Assembly: GCA_000004695.1 (NCBI GenBank)
Contig: CM000150.2
Location: 512,001 to 576,000, forward strand
DNA from: Dictyostelium discoideum
Taxonomy: Eukaryota
Length of the DNA: 64,000 nt
Direction of reading: 5' to 3'
The translations under genes were made by a program, and so were the position numbers. Below are positions 36,246-47,491 of the stretch, one piece after another; position 1 is the first letter of the stretch; the number at the start of each line of letters is the position of its first letter. The notes beneath the pieces were generated by a model. It was not told where the DNA came from. It saw only the letters and a list, made by a program, of their open reading frames with translations, and made no database searches.

Positions 36246-38335
36246 TTATTCATTTTTTATTTTTTCATTTATTATTTGAATTTTATCTTTTTTTATATTT
36301 GATAATTTAGAACAAAGATAATTTGAAATTAATAAATGAGATTTTTGTTTAATTAATTGATTTTTATCTTTGTTTACAATTTCATCAATTAATGAATCAC
36401 CAGTTTTTTCTAATAATAATTGATAATCTAAACTTGTAAATGAATTTGAAATTTGATTAAATGATTGATTATCTGTTGTTGTTAATCCATTATTAATATC
36501 TAATAATATTAAAAGTTTTGAAAATTCATTTATAGTATTATTGTTATTATTATTATTATTATTATTATCTTGATTAATAATTGGATTTGTTTTTTTTAAT
36601 ATTAATTTAGAAATTGTTAATAAAAAATCAATAATTATTGGTGTAAAAGAATTTTCTTTAAATAAAATTAATTTAAATTGTTGAATTATTAAAGTAATTG
36701 AATCAGAATTAATTTGTTTATCTGGATTATTTAATAAACCAATAAAGTATTGTTTTAAAATTGAAAATTGAATTTGAAGTAATGGGATATCAATAATTGA
36801 AGAAGAAGAGGAATCTGATAATTGTTCTTTAAATTTTTCAATAATTCTTGGTACAAAAACTGATTGATCAATTAATAAACCTAAAATGTAAATGATTTCA
36901 TTGTTTTTCTTTTCAATTTGATCAAAATGATCAACTTTTCTAATTGTTATAATTTCAATGATAGCATCAATGAATCTAATTGAAGGTAATGAACCAAGGT
37001 AACCAATGAATGCCAATAAGAAAGTTTGTTTGAAATCTCTAATATTTTGTTCCAATTCTTGTTCATGAAAACATCTATAAAATCTTTTCATTATTTGTTG
37101 TGAATATTGTAATATTAATTGTCTACTCTTTAAACTAATTATATTATTATCATCATCATTAATAGATTCTCCTTCTTTCTTTTCAGATACTTCATCTTGA
37201 TCAATTAAACGAAAATAATTTAATTTATTTTCAAATTGTTTTTTAATTAATATTGATTGAGAGATATTAAAATTTTTTAAAGTTTCATTATCACCATCAT
37301 TATTATTATTATTATTATTATTATTAATTAATTCATTTTCTCTTTCTTTATAATAATTTGAAGAAATTGAATTTAAAGTTATTATAGCTTGATTACGAAT
37401 TGGTTTAATATCAGAAATTGATAATTCAATTATAACTGGTAATAAAAATTCAAAGTATTGTTGAGTTGTTGGTATTTTCGTACACCATTGTTCAATTGAT
37501 TGTAATAGACGTATTCTAATCTGTGGTGAATTATCAGTTGCTAAAACCATTACCATTGGTTCTAGAGTATTAATGATTTTAATTGAACCTGATAATGCTA
37601 GCGATGATAAGGCTTGTAATGACTCCATTCTGACTCTTTGTTGTCTATTACCAAGATTACCAATTAGTTGGTGTATCAATTCCGATGAGAAATAAATGAT
37701 TCTGTTTGGTACTTTATCAGATAATCTTTGAATTAACTTTGAGCATATCTCCTTTTGATCTGGTGAATTATCACTTAAACTAACTTTAATTATTTTTATT
37801 ATCTTTTCTGTATTCATACTAATACTATTAACACTACCAATTTCAATTATCTTTAAAATTAATTTACAAATTAAATATCTTAATTCTTCAACTTGTTCAT
37901 TATTTATTAAAACTTCTAATTGATAAATTAATTTATTTATTAAATTTTCTGTTAATTTTATTCTATATATATATATATAATAAAAATATTTTTTAATATT
38001 AGTATTATATTATTTTATTAATATTATTATTTTTTTTTTTTTTTTTTTTTTTTTAAATATACTTACTCTAATAAATAAGTTAGTGAAGTAGTTCTTGCCC
38101 TTTCTAAGCTATCAGATAATAAATTTAAGAGTACACTATCATACAAAGTGGTACCATTTTCATTTTCATTGGAAAATAAAATTTCATTTAATGAATCTAA
38201 TTTTGTTGAATTATCTTTGCATGATTCAAGTGCTTGATTTAAACGATCTAATGTCTTTTTCTTTGCAAATGGACTTTGATTTTGAATATTACATAAATCA
38301 CTTTTAATTGATTTTTTAAATTCTTTAAGTTCCAT
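36246..38335 (-). CDS. HEAT/ARM-repeat protein, about 661 aa, two exons: complement(join(36246..37962, 38067..38335)).
   Basis: Exon 1 runs from the ATG at 38335 (MELKEFKKSIKSDL...LERARTTSLTYLLE) to a GTAAGT donor (plus-strand 'acttac' at 38061-66). The acceptor is (TA)nG, AG at 37963-64. Exon 2 encodes IKLTENLINKLIYQLEVLINNEQVEELRYLICKLILKIIEIGSVNSISMNTEKIIK... and helical repeats of about 40 aa. No family-diagnostic motif was found. Confidence 0.5.
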
Positions 38336-38421
38336 TGCAATTAAATTATTACTATTATTTTTATTATTGGTATTTTTAAAAAAGTATCTTTTCAAAAATG
38401 AAATTTTTCAAACACAACACG

Positions 38422-38464
<43 letters not shown>

Positions 38465-38925
38465 GCAAATTAATAAAAAAAATAAATAAACCAATGGTTT
38501 TTAAATAATTAAAAATAAAATAATGGTCTTTAAATAATTAAAAATAAATAAATATCCAGTTCCAATAGTTTCCTCACTTATTGAAGTTTTAATTTTGATG
38601 GAATAAAATAATACCATCATTTTCCAACCACAAATAATCAAAAAGATTAATAAAAATAATAACAATAATTATTTAAATTATTTTTTAAATATTATGATGC
38701 CCTAAAAATAGTGAACCCGTTAAAAAAAAAAAAAAATAATAATAATAATATTAGAAAAAATAAATAAAAATTAAAATAATAAAATAAATAAATAATATCT
38801 TTAATTTGATATTATTTTTTATATCTTAATTTTTAAAATAAGATTTTATTATTCAAACAAATAAAATAAAATAAATAAAATAAAAAATTTGAAATATTTG
38901 GTATTATTACTTTTTTATTTTTTTC

Positions 38926-38998
<73 letters not shown>

Positions 38999-39011
38999 TT
39001 TTTTTTTTTTT

Positions 39012-39412
39012 TTAAGCAGCATATAAATATCTATCAGATTCACCTTCAGCACGAGTAATATACTCTTTTTCAATTAATTGTTCAATGCATTTCTTAATCA
39101 TTGGAATATTTGGTTGGAATCTAAGTCTACTATGTTCGATAACCTCTTGAATGAGAGAAACATGATTCATAGTTTTACGAGCTTTCATAATTCTAACGAT
39201 TGAAGCTTGTAAATAAAGTTTTCTATCTTCATCAATACCTTTATAAGTTTCTTCATTTTGTAATGGTGTTTCCTTTTGTAATGAAGATGAAACCTTTACT
39301 TTTGAACGTTTATTACTATAAGCACTATTAACAGTATATTCTTGAGTTGATGATGATGATGATGATGGTTGCATATTATTTGCTGAATCTACTAAACTAT
39401 TATTACCTTCAC

Positions 39413-39455
<43 letters not shown>

Positions 39456-41607
39456 ACTATTTTGATCTTTTTTCTTTGAAATTAAAATCTTTGCTTCTAT
39501 TAATGATTGTAAAGTTCTTGATAATTCATTTTCATTTAAATTTGTAAATTTAGTGATTTCTTCTAAACTTACAGATTCTTGAGTATTAAAGATTAAAAGA
39601 ATACCCAATTGAAAGTTTGTAACTTGAAAATCGTATGATTTCTTTGCAAAGAATGACTTTGCCTCTGCTTTACATAAATGATGTAACCAATTTAATTTTC
39701 TACCTTGATGTTGGGTTGAATAGTATTGTTGAAATGCTGATATACAAAGTGTTAACTCTTGTGGTACAATGAAACTACTAGTTTGAGAATGTAATGACCA
39801 TGATCCTGATGTTAAAACTAAAATTGAAAAATCGACTATTGGAAAAATAAAAAAATAAAAAAATAAAAAAAAAAAAAAGGAAATTTTTAGTATCACCCAA
39901 CCAAAGTGTATATATATTTTATATTTTATATGTAACAACTTACTTTTACCAATTGATAAACTATTTTTAATTAAATGATTTTTAAACTCTTCATTAGTTT
40001 CTGCTGATAGAGTGATATCGTTAAACATTCTTTGGAATTTAGAGGTATATTCGAAACCACATGCTTGTTTTAAACCTGTGATCATAAACTTTTCAATATC
40101 ATCACTCACTGAAGTACCATTAATTAAACGTCTAGATAACATTTTTGAATAAAATTTTTGAAAAACATCTTTATCATCAACATATTTAAATAATACAATC
40201 TTTTTTTTTTTTTTTTTTTTTTTTTGAAAAAAAAAAATAAAAAATTAGTTTTTTATTTTTTATTTTTTTTTTTTATAATAATTTAAAATTTAACTTACAA
40301 TTTGACCTAACTTCTCTTCCAATTCAATTTCTTCATGTTGTTTATTACCTTTTTTCAATAACATATCACAATATTTTGCCAATAACTCTGGTGATTTAGT
40401 TGTATTCCTAGTGATATGATTTTGATTGAAAATCTTATGACATGCTAAATCTAATACTGTTATGAATGAAACATCATTATTAAATGATTTCTTTATAATT
40501 GAACTAAATTGTAAATAAATTTTTAATAATGTTTCAACATAAATTTTTGGATCCTTTTTTTTTTAAAAAATAAAATAATAAAAAATTAGTTAATAAATTT
40601 AATAAATAAATTTTAAAAAAAAAAAAAACATACAGGATTATTTCTATCAGGAATTGATTTAATTGCATCAATACCAACATGTTGAATATACTTTTGAACA
40701 GTTTCTAATACTGGAGCTAAACCACCTTCAATTCTTGATAATAATTTATACATATTATAGATTTCATCTAATTTTTCATCCTTTAAATAATTGATACATT
40801 CTGATTGTAACAATTCCTTATGCTTTTCGATCAAGATAGAATGTAACAATCTTCTCATTTTATCATGTGATGATGAATTTAAATATTTTTGTGAACGTTG
40901 TTCCTCTTCGTCGATTCTTGTCTCTGCTTTCTTCATATATGAAGAGATACCACTTGATGCTATAAATGCAACTGATTCTCTTGTATAAAATTGTCTAGTA
41001 TTCTCTAAATATGATGCTTCATATTCAATTAAATATAATGTTCTATCTTTATCTACACTATCTAATTTAACTATAATTATTTTTTAAAAAAAAAAAAAAC
41101 AGAAAAAAAAAGAAAAAAAAAAACAGAAAAAAAACAGAAAAAAAAAAATTTAGTTTGTGTATCCAACATCTCTGTCTCTGTTTCTAATAATAACAATAAT
41201 AATATAATAAACTATGTCTACCTACTTAAACTTTCCATGAATTGACTAATAAATTGGTGTTGAACCAATTCACCATCTCTGTCTTTTTGAATTAAAATCT
41301 CTACACATTTTAATACTCTATCTTTAATCTTAAAAAATAATCTCTCTTTCCAAATCATAAGTCCAAGCTAAAAATAAAAATTAAAATTAAAATTAAAATA
41401 ATACATTAATTAATATAAAATCGCTATTTTTTTTTGTTTTGAAGGTGATAATGATAGTGATAGTGGTACACATACAATTTGAATTTCATAAACATCAGGT
41501 GGATGGCCAAACTTTTTATCTAGAATCTTTTTATTAATCCAATTTAAATTCTATTTTTTAAAATAAATAAATAAATAAATCATTAATAAATAATGATGAT
41601 GATGATA

Positions 41608-41642
<35 letters not shown>

Positions 41643-41978
41643 CTGACTGATTGGAATTAATCCCATATAATCAAATGATTATAATTATATATGAAAATAA
41701 TAATATATAATATAATAAATTAATCCTTACTAAATATCTAAAAATAACTTTATTACATAATTCACAACCAGAAAAGAATAATTTCCATTGTTTTAAATAT
41801 TCAGAGATTGTATCTGATTTTGTATCTAAAATTATTAATAAGATTTGATCTACATGTTGTTCGAAAAATTTTTTAATATTTTCATATAATGGTTCACAAT
41901 ATGGTTGAGGTTGTGCTATACAAAGTTTATAAACATCCCTGTTTTTTTTTTGATTTTTTGTTAGTAATTGAATAGTTT

Positions 41979-42013
<35 letters not shown>

Positions 42014-42254
42014 TTTTTTGATATACCATAATGATTAAACATAAAAAATAAAAATAAACAAAAAATTTTTAAATTTAAGAAAAAAAGTAGAAAAATGATT
42101 ATAATTACTCGTATAAAAACATTGCTGAAACATTTTGGGAACCTGTCAATATTTTATAAACTTGATCTGCTATATTTTTCCAAATTGTGTTGAAATCAAT
42201 ATCTTGTCTACCCAATCCATTCATCATCTTTATTTGTATATGTATTGCTTGCAT
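39012..42254 (-). CDS. culC: Cullin-3 homolog, about 780 aa, eight-exon model: complement(join(39012..39835, 39944..40199, 40299..40553, 40634..41070, 41226..41367, 41476..41550, 41731..41938, 42109..42254)).
   Basis: N-terminus [36 protein letters not shown]...MFLYE|DVYKLCI... Middle region NLNWINKK..., [160 protein letters not shown]-terminal neddylation domain [62 protein letters not shown]. It is co-linear with human CUL3. All junctions use GTAAGT, GTATGT, GTAATT, GTAGGT or GTAAGG donors and AG acceptors, and phases are consistent. The symbol is my inference that cullin-3 corresponds to culC. Confidence 0.7.
41608..41654. repeat. (GATT)n/(GACT) microsatellite inside a cullin intron.
   Basis: 'gattgattgattgattgattgattgattgactgactgattgg'. 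Confidence 0.8.
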
Positions 42255-42332
42255 CCAAGCGTTATTATTTGTATAAATTACTATTAGAAATAATTTGGAA
42301 AATAGGGAATGAAAAAAAAAAAAAAAAACCAA

Positions 42333-42364
<32 letters not shown>

Positions 42365-42651
42365 TTAAATTAAAAAAATTTTGGAAAAAATTTTAATTAA
42401 AAAATTTGAAAAAAAAAAAAAAATAAAAAAAAAAAAATAAAAAAATAAAAAAAAAAAAAATTAAAAAAAAAAATAAAAATAAAAATAAATTCTTGGTTGG
42501 TTGATCAAAAATAATAAAATTTTAACCTATTTTTAGTTTTTTTAATTTAATATAACTTTTTTAAATCTTTTTTTTTTTTTTTTTTTTTTTTTAAAACCAT
42601 TAATTTAATTTTTTAAATCTTTTTTTTTTTATTTTTTTAATTTTTTTTTTT

Positions 42652-44085
42652 TTAAAGAATTGAATTTGCTAAAGTAATTTGTTTTTCATCCATAACAACA
42701 GTTGATAATAGTTTATCAATTCTTTCTACAACTTCTTTTGGATAATGTTGATCAATATTTGTAACTTTTTCATGAATTTCAGCTTCAGCTTGAGAGAGAT
42801 AAATTAAGTTATTTGGAGCGCAAGGTTTTTCAGGTCTCCAACGAATGACAATTAAAACTGATGATTGTTGACCAGAGATTCCAGATTTCTTTTCATAGAT
42901 TTCATCAATGATATAACGAATATCCAATGGTCCCATGAATTTTTTAAGATGAGTTGGTGGGGTACGATGCATAATTAAATCCTTCTTGACCAAAAGTTTA
43001 AATAATCTAGTGTACTCTGTCAATGGTGGTGGAGTACGTTTATCTTCTTCCAAAATGGTTTTTATACCAACTATATCATTTAAGACATTGCAAGACATTG
43101 CAGTACCGAAAATTAAAGGTATTGGCATCGAAACGCCAAGTGTTCTTACTCTAAGTGTTGGCTTGACTGCTTGTTCATTTAAAAGTTTTAATTCATCCTC
43201 AGTGAGGGGAATCAGTTTCTTTCTATGCACCTCTGTTGAGTAAACACAAAGAATGCCATCTTGAATGCCATTTAACTTTAGCAATCTTCTAACCTCTCTT
43301 CCGAACGGGCAGCCAAAAGTGTAGGAAATATCGGAAATGTGTACTTTGGTGGGATCCGATGAGGAGCCGGCACCAAAACTTGAGATCACTCTAAGATTCT
43401 CACGTTTGCAGTATGTCAATAGTTCGACCTTGGTTTGAGTGTTATCGATGCAGTCCAATACGTAATCTGGCTTTCCGTGCAATAGTTTAGGTGCTAACTC
43501 GCCTGTGAAGAATGTCTGAATGGCCTCCACCTCTACCTCTGGACATATGTCGTGAAAGTGTTGTTTCATGACCTCCACCTTTGATCTACCCACATCGTTT
43601 CTAGTGGCCAACGCATTTCTATTCAATGATGACAATGTAACGAGATCTGGGTCTATTAATCTCAACTTCTTTACACCACTACGTAATAATACATGTGCAG
43701 CAGCACCGCCAACACCACCCAAACCAACTACAACCACAAATGATTCTCTAATCTTTTCAAAGCCTTCTTCACCATAATATAATTTAGTTCTATCCATTTG
43801 TTCATTAAATATTTCCTCTTGTAATAATGAATCTAAATTTAATGATTCTTTTTTATTTGTTGTAGTTGCTGTACTTGTAAAAACTTCATCTGTATCCATT
43901 TTAATTGATTTATCAATATGTTGATTTGATGGACTTGAATTATTATTATCACCATCATCATCACCACCACCACCACCACCATTCAATGATCTCTTTTTCT
44001 TTTTGGCTGATAATGATGATGTTAAATAGGTTACTGCTGCTCCAACACCTGCTGATAAACCTGCAATTAATAATTTATTCTCCAT
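42652..44085 (-). CDS. ThiF/MoeB-family E1-like enzyme, a probable tRNA threonylcarbamoyladenosine (t6A) dehydratase (TcdA/Tcd1-like) with an N-terminal membrane anchor, 477 aa.
   Basis: Real ATG (minus strand) at 44085. N-terminal hydrophobic helix LLIAGLSAGVGAAVTYL. ThiF nucleotide-binding fold FVVVVGLGGVGGAAAHVLLRSGVKKLRLIDPDLVTLSSLNRNALATRNDVGRSKVEVMKQHF. Overall layout is like yeast TCD1/TCD2. Confidence 0.6.
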   Translation of the reverse strand: MENKLLIAGLSAGVGAAVTYLTSSLSAKKKKRSLNGGGGGGDDDGDNNNSSPSNQHIDKSIKMDTDEVFTSTATTTNKKESLNLDSLLQEEIFNEQMDRTKLYYGEEGFEKIRESFVVVVGLGGVGGAAAHVLLRSGVKKLRLIDPDLVTLSSLNRNALATRNDVGRSKVEVMKQHFHDICPEVEVEAIQTFFTGELAPKLLHGKPDYVLDCIDNTQTKVELLTYCKRENLRVISSFGAGSSSDPTKVHISDISYTFGCPFGREVRRLLKLNGIQDGILCVYSTEVHRKKLIPLTEDELKLLNEQAVKPTLRVRTLGVSMPIPLIFGTAMSCNVLNDIVGIKTILEEDKRTPPPLTEYTRLFKLLVKKDLIMHRTPPTHLKKFMGPLDIRYIIDEIYEKKSGISGQQSSVLIVIRWRPEKPCAPNNLIYLSQAEAEIHEKVTNIDQHYPKEVVERIDKLLSTVVMDEKQITLANSIL

Positions 44086-44316
44086 TATCGATTTTATACT
44101 ATTATAATATTTAAATTTATCAATTTTTTACTGTATCTATTATTTTAATATATAATAAATTTTTTTTATTATATATAATATATATTTATCTTTACAAATA
44201 TATTTTATTTGTTTTTCCTATTTAAACATAATAACAGAATAAAAATAAAAAAATAAATAATTTTGGAAATTAAAAAAATAAAATAAAAAAAAAAAAAAAT
44301 GAAAAACGAATTACTG

Positions 44317-44386
<70 letters not shown>
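44317..44386. repeat. Uninterrupted poly(A) tract of 70 nt.
   Basis: Seen directly. It is the longest homopolymer in the window and lies about 250 bp upstream of the tgr-like gene fragment. Confidence 0.9.
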
Positions 44387-44389
<3 letters not shown>

Positions 44390-44589
44390 TTTCGTTTAAA
44401 TATTTTTAATTTAACAATTTGGAAAAAAATAAAAAAAACGGAAAAAGAAGACATTTTTAAAATTTTATTTTATTTTATTTTATTTTATTTTTAATATGGA
44501 TTTAGTATAGATAAATAAACACTCAAAAATACCATTTTAAAAAAAAAAAAAATTTGATTTAAATGATTTGCTTGGAATTTCACACATTT

Positions 44590-45274
44590 CAAAAATTAAA
44601 TCATCGCTATGATATCCTGATATTAATGGGAATGATAAAGTGGTACTATTAATTAATGGTGTAATAATATTGAATTTAATAACATGTAATTTACCACCAA
44701 TTAATGAAACAAACCAATCATCAATTTTTAATCAAAAATTACTAATAAACACAACAACCACAACTTTTAGTAAAAAGTTATTATTAAAAATAACATTTGA
44801 AGTAAATCATGGAGTGGATTGATTTTTCAATATTCTAAAGATGAAATTCAATATTATGATGATAGTGAAAACTCAAGTGGTAAAACTTTTAATGCTAGCA
44901 CAAATCAAAATAACAAAGGAAACAAGGGAAATGGAATTAATATGAGTATAAGAGATATAGTGTTAATTTGTACTTTAGTGCCTTCTTGTATAATCATAGT
45001 AGTATTTTCGGTAATGGTTTTTTTAAGAATAAGAAGAAAGAGAATAGAACAAATAAATTATCTCAAAAGTATTAAAAAAAGAAATTATTTATCACAAGAA
45101 CAAAAAGAAAAAAATCGTTTAAAAGCAAAAGAAGTTGACAATGAGATCCAAAAAAAAATATTTGAAAATAAATGTTTCATGCTTCAATATGCTACCAGGA
45201 ATGCAACTTATAGAAGTACTGTGGCATGGATGGAAAAAGAGTTAAAAAAACAAGAAGATCAATTAAAAAGTTAA
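44590..45274 (+). pseudogene. Frameshifted 3' remnant of a third tgr-like IPT/TIG glycoprotein gene: last ectodomain segment, TM helix, and a distinct cytoplasmic tail.
   Basis: NLITCNLPPINETNQSSIFNQKLLINTTTTTFSKKLLLKITFE matches NSLTCFLPPFNETRKQSLFNDQKLLLNSSTTIFSKKLLLNVTFE of the genes at 1-6377. At about 44813-44822 a 1-bp deletion relative to the intact copies ('gaagtaaatcatgg' versus 'gaaagtaaaacatgg') shifts the frame and creates a TGA. The +1 frame then continues as IFQYSKDEIQYY..., TM helix IVLICTLVPSCIIIVVFSVMVF, and tail RIRRKRIEQINYLKSIKK.... No 5' two-thirds of the gene is present. Confidence 0.55.
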
Positions 45275-45565
45275 TATTTTTAATTTAAAAAATAAAATAA
45301 AATAAAATAAAATAAAATAAAATAAAATAAAATAAAATAAAATAAAATAAAATAAAAAAAGAAAAGAAAACATTTTCAAAATAAAAAAAAAAATTTTTTT
45401 TTATTTTTTTTTTTATTTATTTTTCAATAAATGCACCAACGTTTTTGAATTGCCTAATTTGAGAAATTAAAATTAATCGAATTAAAAAAAAAAAAAAAAA
45501 AAAAATTGAAATATTAATTTTGAAAAAAAAAACAAATAAACACAAAAATATAATAATAAAATAAA

Positions 45566-46286
45566 ATGGGAATAATCGATCCAAATTCCTCAAAACTACC
45601 AGCAGGTCCAAAATACATTCAATTTGGTGAAATTAAAGATGAATATGATAAAGCAAAATTATTACTTACTCAAGATTTTCCTATGTAAGTTTTTATTTTA
45701 AAAATAAAAAAAATTAAAAAAATAAAAAAAATAAAAAATAAAAAGAGAAATGTTTGTAAACTAATTTTATTATTTTTATTATTATTAATTAAAAAAGGTG
45801 TTTTTCAGCAATATCATCATTATTTGAATGTGAAAAACTAAATGGATATAAACCATCAACAAGTAAAAATGATACCACAAGTAAAAAGTGTAAGAATGAA
45901 AATGCACATTTAAATTTTTGTATACTCTCTTCATTTTGTCCTTCAGAGGCTCAATTATTAATGGAATGCACAAATGGAGTTATACCAACTGATGATAATA
46001 AGTTACCTTCAAAATGTCAAATATATGTAATGTATCATAATTATTATTTTTTTTTTTTTTCTCAACAAGTTATATATATATATATATATATATTATATTT
46101 ATATAATATTAACCAATATCTCTCTCCTCTCCTTTATTTTATAATAAAAAATAGTTTAACTCATTTGATAATTGTTTACAGAGAAAAACAAAAGAATTTG
46201 AACTTAGAGATTCAAAAGAATCTGACCCAGTCTCTCAAGTAATTTATGGTGAACAAACAACCCAAACTGAAGGTAATAATAATTAA
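45566..46286 (+). CDS. ndufa8: NADH dehydrogenase [ubiquinone] 1 alpha subcomplex subunit 8 (NDUFA8)-like twin-CHCH protein, about 159 aa, three exons: join(45566..45684, 45798..46026, 46155..46286).
   Basis: Four C-x9-C motifs: CFSAISSLFEC, CKNENAHLNFC, CPSEAQLLMEC, and CQIYFNSFDNC (this last one spans the exon 2/3 junction). N-terminus MGIIDPNSSKLPAGPKYIQFGEIKDEYDKAKLL resembles the NDUFA8 N-terminus. Donors GTAAGT and GTAATG; acceptors AG at 45796-97 and 46153-54. Confidence 0.5.
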
Positions 46287-46537
46287 AAATAAAAAACACA
46301 TACAATAATATTTAATAATAAACTAAAAAATGTTGGTTTATTTTTACTTGAGGAGGAAGGGGATGAAGAAGGGGGGAGGAGGAATGTTTTTTTTAAATTT
46401 TTTTTTGTTTTCCGTTGTTATATTTGTAAAATTAGATCGAGTTTGAGTTATAGTTTTAATTAAGGTTGTAAAATTGTTTCTTTTTCTTTTTTTTTTTATT
46501 TTTTTTTTTTTTTTATTTTTTCCATTTATTTATTTAT

Positions 46538-47102
46538 TTATTTACCACCATGATGAGTCCAACGTTCACCACAAGATGCACAAACATAAAATAAAGTCAT
46601 ACCATTAGCAGCAGTCATAGATTGAAAGAATGCTGCTTCTCTACCACCACAACTTGGGCATTTTGCTGCTTTTGTACGTGGTAATGTTGGATCTGATGCA
46701 ATATCTTGTGAAATTTGTGTTTTTTCCCTATATATTCATATATTTATATATATATATATTGAACATGTTAGATTATTTATCTATCTATATCTATTTATCT
46801 ATCTATTTATCTATTTATCTATTTATCTATTAATCTAAGTTTAAACTAAACTAAAAACATACATCACAGAATGTCTAATTTCATTTCTATATACACAATT
46901 ATTTGTTGCTTCTTCTTTATGATCACAAATTCTACATGCTAAAAGTAATGTTTTATTGGCTTTATCTGCTTTTGGATATAACATATTATTGCTGTGTGTA
47001 TGTGAATACATTCACGTATGTATCATTAGTATTAAACTCTTTTAATTTTTTTTAATTTTTTTTATTTATACCGTGCACATACCATTCACCACAAAAATTC
47101 AT
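46538..47102 (-). CDS. rpb9: DNA-directed RNA polymerase II subunit RPB9, about 112 aa, three exons: complement(join(46538..46727, 46863..46991, 47083..47102)).
   Basis: N-terminal zinc ribbon MNFCGE|[44 protein letters not shown] (compare yeast [35 protein letters not shown]). C-terminal TFIIS-type ribbon [49 protein letters not shown] lacks the acidic RSADE hairpin of RPC11/TFIIS. Donors GTATGT twice; acceptors 'cacacag' and 'tatatag'. Confidence 0.7.
46776..46833. repeat. (TCTATTTA)n microsatellite in rpb9 intron 2.
   Basis: 'atctatttatctatctatttatctatttatctatttatctattaatcta'. Confidence 0.75.
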
Positions 47103-47491
47103 TTTTTTTTTTCTTTTAATATTATTATATGATAGGGGTATAGGTTTCGCGCTTTTTTTATTTTATGACGTATATAGGGTTTTATTTATTTCTTTATTGG
47201 TAGGGTTTTATTTATTTTAATATTACAATAGGTAGTTTGTTGTATTTGTATGTTTGTATTTGTGTTTGTATTTGTGTTTGTGTTTATGATGTGGTGTGGG
47301 TTTTATATACAGGTATGGTTGTTGTTGTTTAGGTTGATTTAATTATAGTTTATTTGTGGAATGAAATAAAATAAAAATGAAATTTTTTAAAAAAAAAAAA
47401 AAAAAAAATAAAAAATAAAATAAAAAAAAAATTAATTTGAAAAAAAAAAAAAAAAAAATCAAAAAATTGTTTAAACCTACACCATATTTTT

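Noticed and set aside
39836-39943. Peptide [29 protein letters not shown] inside the 39012-40142 track ORF.
   Set aside because: It is read-through of a 108-nt cullin intron (GTAAGT...CCAATAG). With it removed, the sequence aligns to CUL3 (SIGK|[13 protein letters not shown]).
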